Shown in pieces: positions 1-10,512 of a stretch of 36,591 nucleotides of DNA. Origin of the DNA: an uncultured bacterium (GTDB lineage: Bacteria; DYJV01); the NCBI GenBank assembly GCA_964543655.1, contig CAZIZE010000028.1, positions 1 to 36,591 of the forward strand, written 5' to 3'. Both the position numbers and the translations under genes were made by a program. The notes below the pieces were generated by a model. That model searched no databases and was not told the origin of the DNA. It was given only the letters and a program-made list of their open reading frames with translations. Position 1 is the first letter of the stretch, and each line of letters starts with the position of its first letter.

Positions 1-1757
1 TCAACATAGTACTTGTTGTAGATGAGGTCGTAATGCAGGCTGTACTTCTCTGCCAGCTTGGCAGGAAGGTCCTTTGCATGAACCATGTAGATAAAGTAGG
101 CCAGGCAGATGCCGATGACTCCTACCATTACCGAACTGCCCATGAGTGTCCATTCAACTGCGTGTGAATACTCTGGAATTGGCACCGCATGGCTCACTAT
201 TGCCTGTGAGTGTTCGAAAACAGGCTCAAGGAATGTTTCAAGGATATTTGGTACATGGCCCAAATGCTGCCCTATGAGATGCGGTATTCCAAGCCAGCCG
301 CCTGTGAGTGATAGGAATGCCAGCACAACCAGCGGAAATGTCATTGATACAGGTGATTCATGAACATGGTGAGCCTGCTCCTCTGTACCCCTGAACTCTC
401 CATGGAAGGTCATGAAGATAAGCCTGAACATGTAGAATGCGGTAATACCAGCAGCTAAAGTGCCAACAAACCAGATTATCTTGCCCATTACCGGATAGTA
501 CGGGAATGTAAATGCCTTCCAGAGTATCTCATCTTTTGAGAAAAAGGCTGCAAATGGGGGCAGTCCTGCAATTGCCAGAGTGGCAATGAGCATGGTTGCA
601 TACGTAATGGGCATTTTCTTGGCAAGTCCACCCATGTTCCGCATGTCCTGATCACCGCTCATGGCATGGATCACTGAACCGGAACAGAGAAAGAGACAGG
701 CCTTGAAGAATGCGTGTGTCATGAGGTGAAAGATACCTGCCCAGTAAGCTGTAACACCCACACCTACAAACATGTAACCCAGCTGACTCACTGTGGAGTA
801 GGCAAGTACCTTTTTGATGTCATTCTGCAGGATACCTATTGTTGCTGCCATGAGTGCAGTGGCAACGGCAATGAGAGAGACAACAAGAAGTGCAGTGGGA
901 GCCAGAGTGTAAAGGATATTGGACCTGGCAACCATATACACACCTGCAGTAACCATTGTAGCAGCGTGAATCAATGCTGATACAGGAGTAGGACCTGCCA
1001 TAGCATCAGGTAACCAAACATATAATGGAATCTGAGCTGACTTTCCTGTGGCACCAACAAAAAGTAATATTCCTACTAAGGAAGCTGTTGCAACAGGAAT
1101 AAATTTAGCATGTGAAAGAACTGTATAAAAATTTAATGAATAAACATTTGTATATTTGCCAACTGCAAAGAAAAGTAGAAACATTCCAAGAACAAAACCA
1201 AAATCACCAACTCTGTTAAACACGAAAGCTTTTTTTCCTGCACTTGCAAATTCTTTATTTTCAAACCAGAAACCAATTAATAGGTATGAACAAACACCAA
1301 CTCCTTCCCATCCAAGAAACATTAGTACAAAATTATTTGCAAGTATTAGGTTAATCATTGAAAACATAAATAGATTTAAATATGTAAAATATCTGTAATA
1401 TCTACCCTCGTCATGATACATATATCCAATAGAGTATACATGAATTAAAAAGCCAACACCTGTAACAAATAAACTCATTGTAATTGATAAAGGATCCACA
1501 AGGTATCCTATATTCACTGAGAGGTTACCTGCTGTAAACCAGTTGTAAACAATTATTTCAAAATGCCTGTGATCAGGAGGCAATGTTAATAATTCCCTGA
1601 AAATCATCCAAACAACAAGGAATGCTAAGCCAACAGCAGAACATGCAATCCAATGAATAATACTTTTGTGTAATTTTTCCAATTTCCAGCCGAGAATCCC
1701 ATTAATGAGAACACCTATTAATGGAAAAAAAGGAACAAGCCATACATATTTAATCAT
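1..1757 (-). CDS. nuoL: NADH-quinone oxidoreductase subunit L (partial; 3' end runs off the window)
   Basis: Not in the ORF track; translated by hand from ATG at 1757 (RBS aaggag upstream): MIKYVWLVPFFPLIG...GWEGVGVCSYLLIGFW...NRVGDFG...GKSAQIPLYVWLPDAMAGPTPVSALIHAATMVTAG...QNDIKKVLAYSTVSQLGYM...THAFFKACLFLCSGSVIH...YNKYYV. Directly follows nuoK. Confidence 0.96.
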   Translation of the reverse strand, partial: MIKYVWLVPFFPLIGVLINGILGWKLEKLHKSIIHWIACSAVGLAFLVVWMIFRELLTLPPDHRHFEIIVYNWFTAGNLSVNIGYLVDPLSITMSLFVTGVGFLIHVYSIGYMYHDEGRYYRYFTYLNLFMFSMINLILANNFVLMFLGWEGVGVCSYLLIGFWFENKEFASAGKKAFVFNRVGDFGFVLGMFLLFFAVGKYTNVYSLNFYTVLSHAKFIPVATASLVGILLFVGATGKSAQIPLYVWLPDAMAGPTPVSALIHAATMVTAGVYMVARSNILYTLAPTALLVVSLIAVATALMAATIGILQNDIKKVLAYSTVSQLGYMFVGVGVTAYWAGIFHLMTHAFFKACLFLCSGSVIHAMSGDQDMRNMGGLAKKMPITYATMLIATLAIAGLPPFAAFFSKDEILWKAFTFPYYPVMGKIIWFVGTLAAGITAFYMFRLIFMTFHGEFRGTEEQAHHVHESPVSMTFPLVVLAFLSLTGGWLGIPHLIGQHLGHVPNILETFLEPVFEHSQAIVSHAVPIPEYSHAVEWTLMGSSVMVGVIGICLAYFIYMVHAKDLPAKLAEKYSLHYDLIYNKYYV

Positions 1758-1768
1758 CCCTTACTCCT

Positions 1769-2071
1769 TTACCATTTAAGAATATTTAATTTATCAAGAT
1801 TAACGTTACCTTTATTTTTAAATAAAAGATAAAATAGAGCCAATCCAACACCAGCTTCTGCTGCTGCTATTGCAAGCACAAAAAGCACAAGCATTAATCC
1901 ATCTATTGATTTTAAGAAATGAGAAAATCCAATTAATGCAAGGTTAGCTGAATTAAACATTAATTCTATGCACATAAATACAACTATTGCATTCCTTCTT
2001 ACAATAACCCCTATTGCTCCAATAGAAAATAGGAATACTGATAAAAAAGTTACTATAACATGACTGTGCAT
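1769..2071 (-). CDS. nuoK: NADH-quinone oxidoreductase subunit K
   Basis: 100 aa, three hydrophobic segments, RRNAIVVFMCIELMFN and AAAEAGVGLAL motifs; operon position. Confidence 0.96.
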   Translation of the reverse strand: MHSHVIVTFLSVFLFSIGAIGVIVRRNAIVVFMCIELMFNSANLALIGFSHFLKSIDGLMLVLFVLAIAAAEAGVGLALFYLLFKNKGNVNLDKLNILKW

Positions 2072-2082
2072 CTATACTCTCC

Positions 2083-2613
2083 TTAATTTTTTTTCTCTTT
2101 TTTTGCCAAAACAACAGCACCTGCTATTGCCGCAAGTAAAAGTATTGAAGTAACTTCAAATGGAAATACATATTTTGAGAATAACTGATAAGCTATATAT
2201 TTTACTGAACCAAATTTTTCAGGAATATGTTGCCAAGCAAGACCTTCCCAACCAGTTAAATGACCTGCGCCTATTTTTACTGCTTCTATAAAAAATATAA
2301 CTACAAATGCAATACCAACTATTTGAAACAATCTTAATTTATATTTACGTTTAATTTCATCTTCAATAGCAGTTAACATAATCATATATATAATAAGCAT
2401 CATAATTGCACCTGCGTATACAATAACCTGTATTGCAGCAATAAAATCAAAACCTAAAATTAGATATATCACAGCAGTGGAAAAAAGAGTTGAAACCATC
2501 CACAAAGCACTATGAACTGGGTTTTTAGCACAAACAACCATTATACCTGAACCCATTGCAAATACAACTGCCATGAAAAAAATTATAACAGGAATCATTA
2601 TCTCAGCTAACAT
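2083..2613 (-). CDS. nuoJ: NADH-quinone oxidoreductase subunit J
   Basis: KNPVHSALW, QVIVYAGAIM and YVFPFEVTSILLLAA motifs. Confidence 0.96.
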   Translation of the reverse strand: MLAEIMIPVIIFFMAVVFAMGSGIMVVCAKNPVHSALWMVSTLFSTAVIYLILGFDFIAAIQVIVYAGAIMMLIIYMIMLTAIEDEIKRKYKLRLFQIVGIAFVVIFFIEAVKIGAGHLTGWEGLAWQHIPEKFGSVKYIAYQLFSKYVFPFEVTSILLLAAIAGAVVLAKKEKKN

Positions 2614-2623
2614 TTCTTACTCC

Positions 2624-3103
2624 TTATTTTCCTTGATAAATATATTTCTCTGGATTAAGTAAATCTTCTTTATTTAATTTAAATTCTTCCCTCGAGTATC
2701 CAACAAAATCATAAACATTGCTATATTCAATAGCATCTTTTGGACAAGCTTCAACACAGTATCCGCAGAAAATACATCTCAGTTCGTCAATTTCAAATTC
2801 TGCTGGATATCTTGTACCATCCTCCCTCTCTGCTGTAACTATTTTAATAGCTTTAGGAGGGCAAACAGCAGCACATAATCCACAACCAACACATTTATAT
2901 TCACCATTTTCATGTTTTAATAATCTGTGAATACCTCGCCATCTCTTTGATATTTCCCTTCTTTCTGTGGGATACTGTATTGTAACTGGCTCTGAACAAA
3001 ACATTTTAAATGTGTAACGTAACCCTTTAAGCAATGGTGTTATAATACCTGGCTTTCTTAAATTATCTCTAATATCTTCAATAGAATAATAACCCTTTTT
3101 CAT
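2624..3103 (-). CDS. nuoI: NADH-quinone oxidoreductase subunit I (2x[4Fe-4S])
   Basis: VTIQYP, RWRGIH, CVGCGLCAAVCP and CIFCGYCVEACP. Confidence 0.96.
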   Translation of the reverse strand: MKKGYYSIEDIRDNLRKPGIITPLLKGLRYTFKMFCSEPVTIQYPTERREISKRWRGIHRLLKHENGEYKCVGCGLCAAVCPPKAIKIVTAEREDGTRYPAEFEIDELRCIFCGYCVEACPKDAIEYSNVYDFVGYSREEFKLNKEDLLNPEKYIYQGK

Positions 3104-3120
3104 CTTTTACCTTCCTCTTT

Positions 3121-4110
3121 TTAATTTAGAAAAGATAAAACAATAGCTGTAACAACAAGGTTTGCCAATGCCAATGGCATTAAAACCTTCCAACCTAATT
3201 TCAAAATTTGATCTATTCTTAATCTTGGATAAGTAGCTCTCTCCCATACAAAGAAATACATTAGTGCTATTGATTTAATTAAAAACCAGATTGGCCCTGG
3301 TAAAAATGGACCATGCCACCCACCTAAAAATAGAGTTGTTATAATTGCACTAATTGTGAAAAGGTGACAATATTCAGCCATAAAAAACATTGAAAATTTC
3401 ATACTACTGTATTCAACATTGAAACCACATGCAAGCTCTGACTCAGTTTCTGGCATATCAAAAGGTGTCCTGTTAATTTCAGCAAGTGCACATATAATTG
3501 CTAAAACAAATGCAACTGGCTGTTTTACAATATTCCAAAGCCCTGTTTGAGCTTCAACAATACCAGAGAAACTTAAAGTACCACTAACAAGAACTACTGC
3601 AATTATAGTTAAAGCAAAGGGAAGCTCATAACTTATCATTAAAGCAGATGCCCTTAATGCACCAACAAGGCTGTATTTATTGTATGATGCATATCCACCT
3701 AAAACACATCCATATGAGCCTATAGCAGCAAGTGCAAAAACGTAAAGTACACTAATATCAATATCAGATAATACAAGTTTAACTTCTCTGCCAAAAATAT
3801 GAACTGTGCCTCCAAATGGAATTACTGCAATAACTGCAATTGCAGTGGCAAAACTTATCATTGGAGCCAATATAAAAACTATTTTATCTGCACGTTCTGG
3901 AATCACATCTTCTTTGAAAAAAGATTTTATTGCATCAGCTATTGGCTGCATTAAACCATGAAAACCAACTCTCATAGGACCATATCTTAACTGAAAATCT
4001 CCAAGCAGTTTCCTTTCAAACCATGTTGAATATGCAACAATTAACAATAACCCAACAAAAACAATTAATGTAAGTGCTATATTTATACCAATATCAATTA
4101 AAAAATCCAT
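3121..4110 (-). CDS. nuoH: NADH-quinone oxidoreductase subunit H
   Basis: ERKLLG..QLRYGP, QPIADAIK..KED, NRTPFDMPETESEL, FFMAEY and YPRLRIDQ motifs. Confidence 0.97.
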   Translation of the reverse strand: MDFLIDIGINIALTLIVFVGLLLIVAYSTWFERKLLGDFQLRYGPMRVGFHGLMQPIADAIKSFFKEDVIPERADKIVFILAPMISFATAIAVIAVIPFGGTVHIFGREVKLVLSDIDISVLYVFALAAIGSYGCVLGGYASYNKYSLVGALRASALMISYELPFALTIIAVVLVSGTLSFSGIVEAQTGLWNIVKQPVAFVLAIICALAEINRTPFDMPETESELACGFNVEYSSMKFSMFFMAEYCHLFTISAIITTLFLGGWHGPFLPGPIWFLIKSIALMYFFVWERATYPRLRIDQILKLGWKVLMPLALANLVVTAIVLSFLN

Positions 4111-4120
4111 TAAAAGCCTC

Positions 4121-6805
4121 CTATGCCTTCTTTATATTCACAGCACAAACTTTATATTCTGGTATTTTTGCAATTGGATCAAGAACATTGTTAGTAAGAA
4201 CATTAATAGCTGCTTCTGAAAAATGGAAACATCCAAAAACCACACCTTCAGCAACTCTTTCTGAAATTTTAGCATTTGTAGTAATTGAACCTCTTTTAGA
4301 AGAAACTACTATTTTATCTCCATCTGAAATTTTTAGTTTTTCTGCGTCTTTTGGATTAATTTCAACTGCTGGTGCAGGGCAGTAATAATTAAGAGCGGTT
4401 GATCTTCTGGTCATTGTAGCTGTATGAAACTGTTCATATCTTCTACCTGTTGTGAGAATAAAAGGATAATCTTTATCAGGTAACTCTTCAGGTGCTTTAT
4501 TTTCAACAGGTGTAAAGAGCCCTTTACCTCTAACAATATTTTCCACATGTAATATTTTTGTACCTGGGTGATCTTCTGATGGACATGGCCAACAAACACC
4601 ACCCTCTTTCTCAATTCTTTTATATGTAATACCTGCATACTGAGGTGTAACTTTTCTTATTTCTTCAAAAACCTCTTCTGCACTACTTGAAAATTCTGCT
4701 CCAAATCTCTTTGCAAGTTCAACAAGTATAGTAAGATCATCTTTAGCTTCACCAGGAGGATTAACTGCTTTTCTAACTCTCTGAACTCTTCTCTCTGTAT
4801 TGGTAAATGTACCATCTTTTTCAGCAAAACATGCAGCTGGTAACACAACATCAGCTTTCTTAGCTGTCTCAGTTAAGAATATGTCTTGAACAACTATAAA
4901 ATCTAATTTATCAAAAGCATGTTCAGCATGCTCAAGATAAGGCTCACTTACCATAGGGTTTTCACCCATAATATAAAGAGCTTTTAACTCACCCTTTTCC
5001 ACCATTTCAGGAATTTCTGTAAGTGGTTTGCCTCTGTTTATATTACAGGAGCAGTTCCAGATTTCTGAAAATTTATTACAATTATCCTCATTATCTACTG
5101 GTTGATAACCTGGATAAACATTTGGTAATCCACCCATATCACAGGCACCTTGAACATTGTTCTGACCTCTTAATGGATTTACCCCACCACCTTCTATGCC
5201 AATATTGCCACAGGTTAAAGCTAAGTTAACAAGTGATTTAACATTGTCAGTTCCAGAAGTGTGCTGAGTAATTCCCATTGCATAAAGAATGGAAGCTTTT
5301 TCAGCTTTACCATACATTAATGCAGCTTCTTTAAGTTTCTCTGCTGGAATACCTGTGATTTTCTCCACTTCCTCTGGGGTATACTTTTCAACTACCTTTT
5401 TAACTTCTTCAAAGCCTTCTGTTTTTTCATTAATATAATCTTCGTTGTGGAGATTATTGCTAATTATAACATTTAAAAATCCATTAATCCATGCTATATT
5501 ATTTCCAGGTTTTGGTTGGAGCCATACATCTGCATAATCAACAAGATCTATTTTCTTTGGATCAACAACTATCAGTTTAGAGCCATATTTCATTACAGCT
5601 TCACGAATATAGTTTGCTATAATTGGATGGCACTCTGATGTGTTTGAACCAGTAACAAGGATTACATCTGCGCCAATAGTACAATCTTTCATGGAATTTG
5701 TCATTGCACCGCTTCCAAGTGTAGTAGCCAGACCGGCTACAGTGGAGCTATGTCAGAGACGGGCACAATGATCAACATTGTTGGTACCTAAAACACTTCT
5801 AAAAAATTTCTGAAATGTATAATTCTCTTCATTTGTGGCTCTTGCTGAAGTTAGACCATATATTGCATCTGGTCCATGTTTTTCTTTAATCTCTTTTAAT
5901 TTCTCTGCAACATAATCAAGAGCTTTTTCCCATGTGGTTTCTTTAAATTCACCATTTTCTTTAATAAGAGGCTTTGTTAACCTATCCTCACTGTGGATAA
6001 ATTCCCAACCATATCTACCTTTTATACAAAGTGAGCCTTCATTAGGTCCAACTCCCTGCTCACTTGTAACTTTAATAACTTTACCATTAAAAACATTTAA
6101 ATCTAACTGACAACCGCATCCACAATAAGCGCATGTGGTTCTCACTCTCTCAATAAACCACCTTCTACCTTTAACTTCATTTAATTTATCAGTTAAAGTT
6201 CCTGTTGGGCAAACACCAAGGCATTCACCACAAGATTTACAAAGCTCTGGTTTAACAACTGTAACTTTTGCATCCCATCCTTTGCCCACAATATCAATAG
6301 CTTGATTACCTGTAATTTCTCTACATGCTGTAATACATCTCAGACACATTACACATCTGTCAGTCCACTGTCTGATAAAAGGAGTAGCATATTCAAGTAT
6401 CCCTTTATCAGGTAATTTTTCTTGAAATTCTACCTGCTCAATGTTAAATTCATAAACAAGATCCTGTAAAGTACATTCTCCTGCTTTATCACAAACAGGA
6501 CAGTCAAGAGGGTGATTTAAAAGAATCAATTTCAGCGCATCCCTACGCATTTCATACAGAGTATCTGAGTTAGTAATAACTTCAATTTCATCATCTACAG
6601 GAGTCATACATGATGGAACTGGATGCTCGTAACCTTTTACCTCAACTATACATAGCCTACATGAACCAATAGGAGTCAATCTATCATGGTAACAGAAAGT
6701 TGGAATACGAATACCAGCTGCCCTTGCAGCCTTTAAAATTGTGGTACCTCTTGGAACTTCAACTTCTTTACCATCAATTTTTAATTTAACAATATCTTCA
6801 GACAT
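4121..6805 (-). CDS. fdhA: Selenocysteine-containing formate dehydrogenase alpha subunit with NuoG-like N-terminal Fe-S domains (894 aa via UGA readthrough)
   Basis: ORFs 5753..6805 and 4121..5704 are in the same frame. Read-through gives [30 protein letters not shown], equivalent to FdhF CARV-U-HGPSVAGL. Contains a [2Fe-2S] motif, HPLDCPVCDKAGEC, two ferredoxin motifs, CAYCGCGC..CIKG, PLRGQNNVQGACDMG and a molybdopterin-dinucleotide-binding C-terminus. No Tat signal. Confidence 0.93.
5724..5755 (-). promoter_or_regulatory. Sec UGA codon (5755-5753) and bacterial SECIS hairpin
   Basis: mRNA reads UGA-CAUAGCUCCACU-GUAGCC-GGUCU-GGCUAC: a perfect 6-bp stem starting 12 nt after the UGA, with a GGUCU apex as in the E. 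coli fdhF SECIS (GCAGGUCUGC). Confidence 0.9.
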
Positions 6806-6836
6806 CTATCTTCCCCTAAAAATTATTTAAATTATA

Positions 6837-8777
6837 TTATATTCCAACCATTGCAACTCTGTAACATTTCAAGCATCTATCTGCCTCTGCTCTTGCTTCA
6901 ACAATTGAATAACCTTCTGTGTATTCAACAAAGCTCTTTTTCCTCTCTTCTGGTGACATATGATGTATCTTAACCCTCTCTCTGCCACCTATAATGCCAA
7001 TATCTTCAGAAGGATCAAATACTTTCACTTCAGAGAGAAAATCTTCCATCTTTTCTTCAATACTTCTCTCTACTGGAACTCCTCTTAAGTATTTATCTAT
7101 TTTATCAGCAGCTCTTCTTGCACCAGCACAGGCTCTAATAAGTGCATCTGGAGATGTAACAACATCACCTGCTGAAAATATTCCTTTTTTACTTGTCATG
7201 TAGTTGTTTATATCAACAACAAATGTCCCTTTCCTTGTAACCTCAATATCCTGAACTCCCTCAAGAACTCCAAGGTCTATTGCCTGTCCAATTGCAGGAA
7301 CTACTATATCACATTCATATAAAAATTCTGAACCTTTAATTGGTACTGGTCTTCTCCTCCCAGATTCATCTGGCTCACCAAGCTCCATTTTAATAAGTTC
7401 AACACCTACAACTTTGCCATCTTTAGCAACAATCTTGGTTGGATTTGTAAGATATAAAAACTTTACACCTTCCTCTTCTGCTTCTACTATCTCTTCTACA
7501 TTTGCTGGCATTTCATTTCTTGTCCTTCTATAAACAAGGGTAACTTCCTCTTTACCAATTCTTAAAGAGCACCTTACACAATCCATTGCAACATTTCCAC
7601 CACCTACAACCACAACCCTTTTGCCCTCAGGATATGGATCAAAACCATTATTTATATCCAGTAGATACTTTACTCCTGGTATATAACCTTTGTATCCTTC
7701 ATCTTCACCTTCTACTCTCATCTGTGAGCTTGTATGAGCACCAATTGCAATTAAAATAGCATCATATTCCTTTTCTAAATCTGGTAATTTAACATCTTTT
7801 CCTACATAGCAATTATATTGAATCTCTACTCCAAGAGATTGAATAGCTTCTGTTTCAACCTTGATAATGTTTCTTGGCAATCTATAGTCAGGAATACCTA
7901 CAGCAGCCATTCCACCTGTCTCAGATAATCTTTCAAAAATTTTTACTTTATACCCTTTTAGAGCAAGATGATAAGCTGCAGTTAGACCTGCCGGGCCTGC
8001 TCCAATAATGGCAACTTTTTTATTCTTAGCTTCTTCCTGAGGTTCAAACTTAGCAATCCCTTTCCTCTGCAACTCAAAATCAGCAACAAATCTTTTGAGA
8101 TGCTTTATTGATATTGGTCCATCAAGAAGCATTCTTCTACAATTTTCTTCACATGGTTTAACACAAACTCTACCTACAATTCCTGGTAACGGCAATCTTG
8201 TACGTATTAAGTCAAGAGAATCTTGAAATCTGCCTTCTCTAATTGCCTCAACATATTGAGGTATTGGTAGATGTATTGGGCAAGCATCAGTACAAGGTGC
8301 TGTTAAATGTGAAATATATTCTAATTCTGTTTTTTTAATTATCCCATTTAAAGCATTTTTAAAATCTTCTTCAAAATATTCAAGTGCATCAAGTATAGGT
8401 TTCGTAACAGTTTGACCTAAATTACACCTTGAACCTTCTTTAATTGAAATACTTAATTTTTTAATTATCTCAAGGTCTTTTTCTGTCCCCTCACCCTCAT
8501 AAATTTTATTCAGAATATCAGCCAAAACCTTGGTACCTATTCTACATAAAAAACATTTACCACATGAATGCTTTTGAGCTTCTTCCATATATGTTTTACA
8601 AAGTTCAACAACACTAATATCAGGCTCAGATATAATAAATCCATTCCAACCCATAAAAGCTTTGACTTTTTTCCCATTAAATTCATCAGGTAGATTAAGG
8701 TTTTCTACTTCAACAGGTTCTTTGCCTCTATTATCAATTACTTCTTCTGTCCAGCTGCTAAATAGCACTTTAGCCAT
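6837..8777 (-). CDS. sfrB: SfrB-like FAD/NAD(P)H oxidoreductase (NuoF-type 4Fe-4S domain + glutamate synthase beta/GltD-like module)
   Basis: N-terminus MAKVLFSSW..IDNRG..AFMGWNG resembles Geobacter SfrB as I recall it. Contains SCGKCFLCRIG..CNLG (NuoF N3-like), APCTDACP..GRVCVKPCEENCRR, GAGPAG (FAD), GGGNVAMD with VYRR (NADPH-type) and a C-terminal EADRCLKC. Confidence 0.85.
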   Translation of the reverse strand: MAKVLFSSWTEEVIDNRGKEPVEVENLNLPDEFNGKKVKAFMGWNGFIISEPDISVVELCKTYMEEAQKHSCGKCFLCRIGTKVLADILNKIYEGEGTEKDLEIIKKLSISIKEGSRCNLGQTVTKPILDALEYFEEDFKNALNGIIKKTELEYISHLTAPCTDACPIHLPIPQYVEAIREGRFQDSLDLIRTRLPLPGIVGRVCVKPCEENCRRMLLDGPISIKHLKRFVADFELQRKGIAKFEPQEEAKNKKVAIIGAGPAGLTAAYHLALKGYKVKIFERLSETGGMAAVGIPDYRLPRNIIKVETEAIQSLGVEIQYNCYVGKDVKLPDLEKEYDAILIAIGAHTSSQMRVEGEDEGYKGYIPGVKYLLDINNGFDPYPEGKRVVVVGGGNVAMDCVRCSLRIGKEEVTLVYRRTRNEMPANVEEIVEAEEEGVKFLYLTNPTKIVAKDGKVVGVELIKMELGEPDESGRRRPVPIKGSEFLYECDIVVPAIGQAIDLGVLEGVQDIEVTRKGTFVVDINNYMTSKKGIFSAGDVVTSPDALIRACAGARRAADKIDKYLRGVPVERSIEEKMEDFLSEVKVFDPSEDIGIIGGRERVKIHHMSPEERKKSFVEYTEGYSIVEARAEADRCLKCYRVAMVGI

Positions 8778-8804
8778 TTATAGTTCTCCTTAAGTTTATA
8801 TTGA

Positions 8805-9974
8805 TTATCTATCTATTTCTCCTAAAACTATATCTAATCCGCCTATTGCGGTAATTATGTCAGAAATCATGTAGCCTTCTATCATTGCTGGTAAAGCAGA
8901 TACATGTATATAGCATGGTGATTTTATTTTAAGCCTGTATGGCTTTTCACCACCATCACTGTAAATATAAAATCCTAACTCTCCCTTGGAACCTTCCACA
9001 CTTTGATACACTTCACCTTTAGGTGCTTTAAATCCTGATAAAACAAATTTAAATCTTCTAATTAAAGCATCAATATCAGTTCTTACTTTTTCCTGAGGTG
9101 GATTTAAATAAGGAATATCTGCCATTACTGGACCATCAGGCAGATTTTCTATTGCCTGCTTAATAATCTTAACTGATTGTCTCATCTCCTCTATTCTACA
9201 CATATATCTATCAAAAGCATCTCCTCTGGTACCAACAGGAACTTGAAAATCAAAATCCTCATAACTGCTATATGGAAAAGCTTTTCTAACATCATAGTTA
9301 ACACCTGAAGCTCTTCCTACTGCACCAGTAAGTCCTAAGTTAATTGCTTCTTCATAAGAAATAACTGCCAGGTTTTCATTTCTTTGACGCCAAATAATGT
9401 TATCAGTAAGCAATGTCTCATAACCATCTATTTTTGCAGGGAACATATCCACAAAATATTTTACTCTTTCAACAAATTTCTCTGTTACATCTTTTGCAAC
9501 ACCACCAATTCTCATATATGTAGGAGTTAATCTACCGCCACTTGCTTCCTCAATACACTCCATAATAACTTCTCTATCTGAAAATGCGTAAAAAACAACA
9601 GTCATTGCACCAAGGTCAAGAGCAGCACTACCAATCCAGAGATGGTGTCCCATTATCCTTGATAATTCTGATATAATAACTCTTAGATATTGCGCTCTTT
9701 TAGGAACTTCAATACCAAGGAGTTTCTCAACTGCAAGTACATAACCAAGATTGTTAAGAGATGCTGCTGTATAATCCAATCTATCAGTTAAAGGAATAGC
9801 CTGGTGAAAAGTAAAATCTTCAGCAATTTTTTCAATACCTCTATGCAATTGACCTATAATGGGGGTAGCTTTTATAACCTTTTCCCCTTCAAGTTCCAAA
9901 TCAATCCTTAAAACACCATGTGTAGATGGGTGGTGAGGACCAAAGTGTAATTTCCAGGTTCTTTCTGCTGCCAT
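8805..9974 (-). CDS. nuoD: NADH-quinone oxidoreductase subunit D
   Basis: GPHHPSTHGVLR, LHRGIEK, DRLDY, KGELG and terminal DIVLGEIDR; no NiFe CxxC motifs. Confidence 0.97.
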   Translation of the reverse strand: MAAERTWKLHFGPHHPSTHGVLRIDLELEGEKVIKATPIIGQLHRGIEKIAEDFTFHQAIPLTDRLDYTAASLNNLGYVLAVEKLLGIEVPKRAQYLRVIISELSRIMGHHLWIGSAALDLGAMTVVFYAFSDREVIMECIEEASGGRLTPTYMRIGGVAKDVTEKFVERVKYFVDMFPAKIDGYETLLTDNIIWRQRNENLAVISYEEAINLGLTGAVGRASGVNYDVRKAFPYSSYEDFDFQVPVGTRGDAFDRYMCRIEEMRQSVKIIKQAIENLPDGPVMADIPYLNPPQEKVRTDIDALIRRFKFVLSGFKAPKGEVYQSVEGSKGELGFYIYSDGGEKPYRLKIKSPCYIHVSALPAMIEGYMISDIITAIGGLDIVLGEIDR

Positions 9975-9989
9975 TTTTTCTTCCTTTAT

Positions 9990-10508
9990 TTAAAATTTTA
10001 TAACATTTTCTTTTATTGTTTCTGGATCCCAGGTTTGCTCAAAATCGTATCCTTTTGTGGGAAAATCTTTTCTTAAAGGATGATACTCATACCCTGGCCA
10101 CATAAGCAACCTTCTTAAATCTGGATGACCTTCAAACTCTATTCCAAACATATCATAAACTTCCCTTTCTGGGAAATTAGCTGATTTCCAGATATGATAA
10201 ACAGAAGGAACTTTTTCCCCTTCATCAACTTCTGTTTTCAAAATCATTCTATGTTCATTATCTATAGAAGTCAAAATATAAACAACATCAAATCGAGGCT
10301 TTCTATCATATGGTAAAAAGTCAACAGCAGTTACATCAACAAGCAGGTTAAAAAGCAATTTTTTCTCTTTATATAAAAACTCGCACAGGTTTAGCAACTT
10401 CTCTTTTTTTACTTTTACAACTGCTTCTCCTCTAAATTCTTCTGCTGAAATAATATCCTTTTTAAATTTCTTTTGAATTAATTTGATAATATCTTTTGCT
10501 TTAGCCAT
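9990..10508 (-). CDS. nuoC: NADH-quinone oxidoreductase subunit C
   Basis: [32 protein letters not shown] and HPLRKDFP. Confidence 0.97.
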   Translation of the reverse strand: MAKAKDIIKLIQKKFKKDIISAEEFRGEAVVKVKKEKLLNLCEFLYKEKKLLFNLLVDVTAVDFLPYDRKPRFDVVYILTSIDNEHRMILKTEVDEGEKVPSVYHIWKSANFPEREVYDMFGIEFEGHPDLRRLLMWPGYEYHPLRKDFPTKGYDFEQTWDPETIKENVIKF

Positions 10509-10512
10509 TTCC

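Noticed and set aside
109-1398. Plus-strand ORFs 109..363, 714..980 and 1156..1398
   Set aside because: They are antisense shadows of nuoL, which the ORF track missed because it runs off the window.
4121-6805. Two separate genes, or a nonsense-mutated pseudogene
   Set aside because: The TGA is in frame at the FDH Sec position and is followed by a SECIS-like hairpin.
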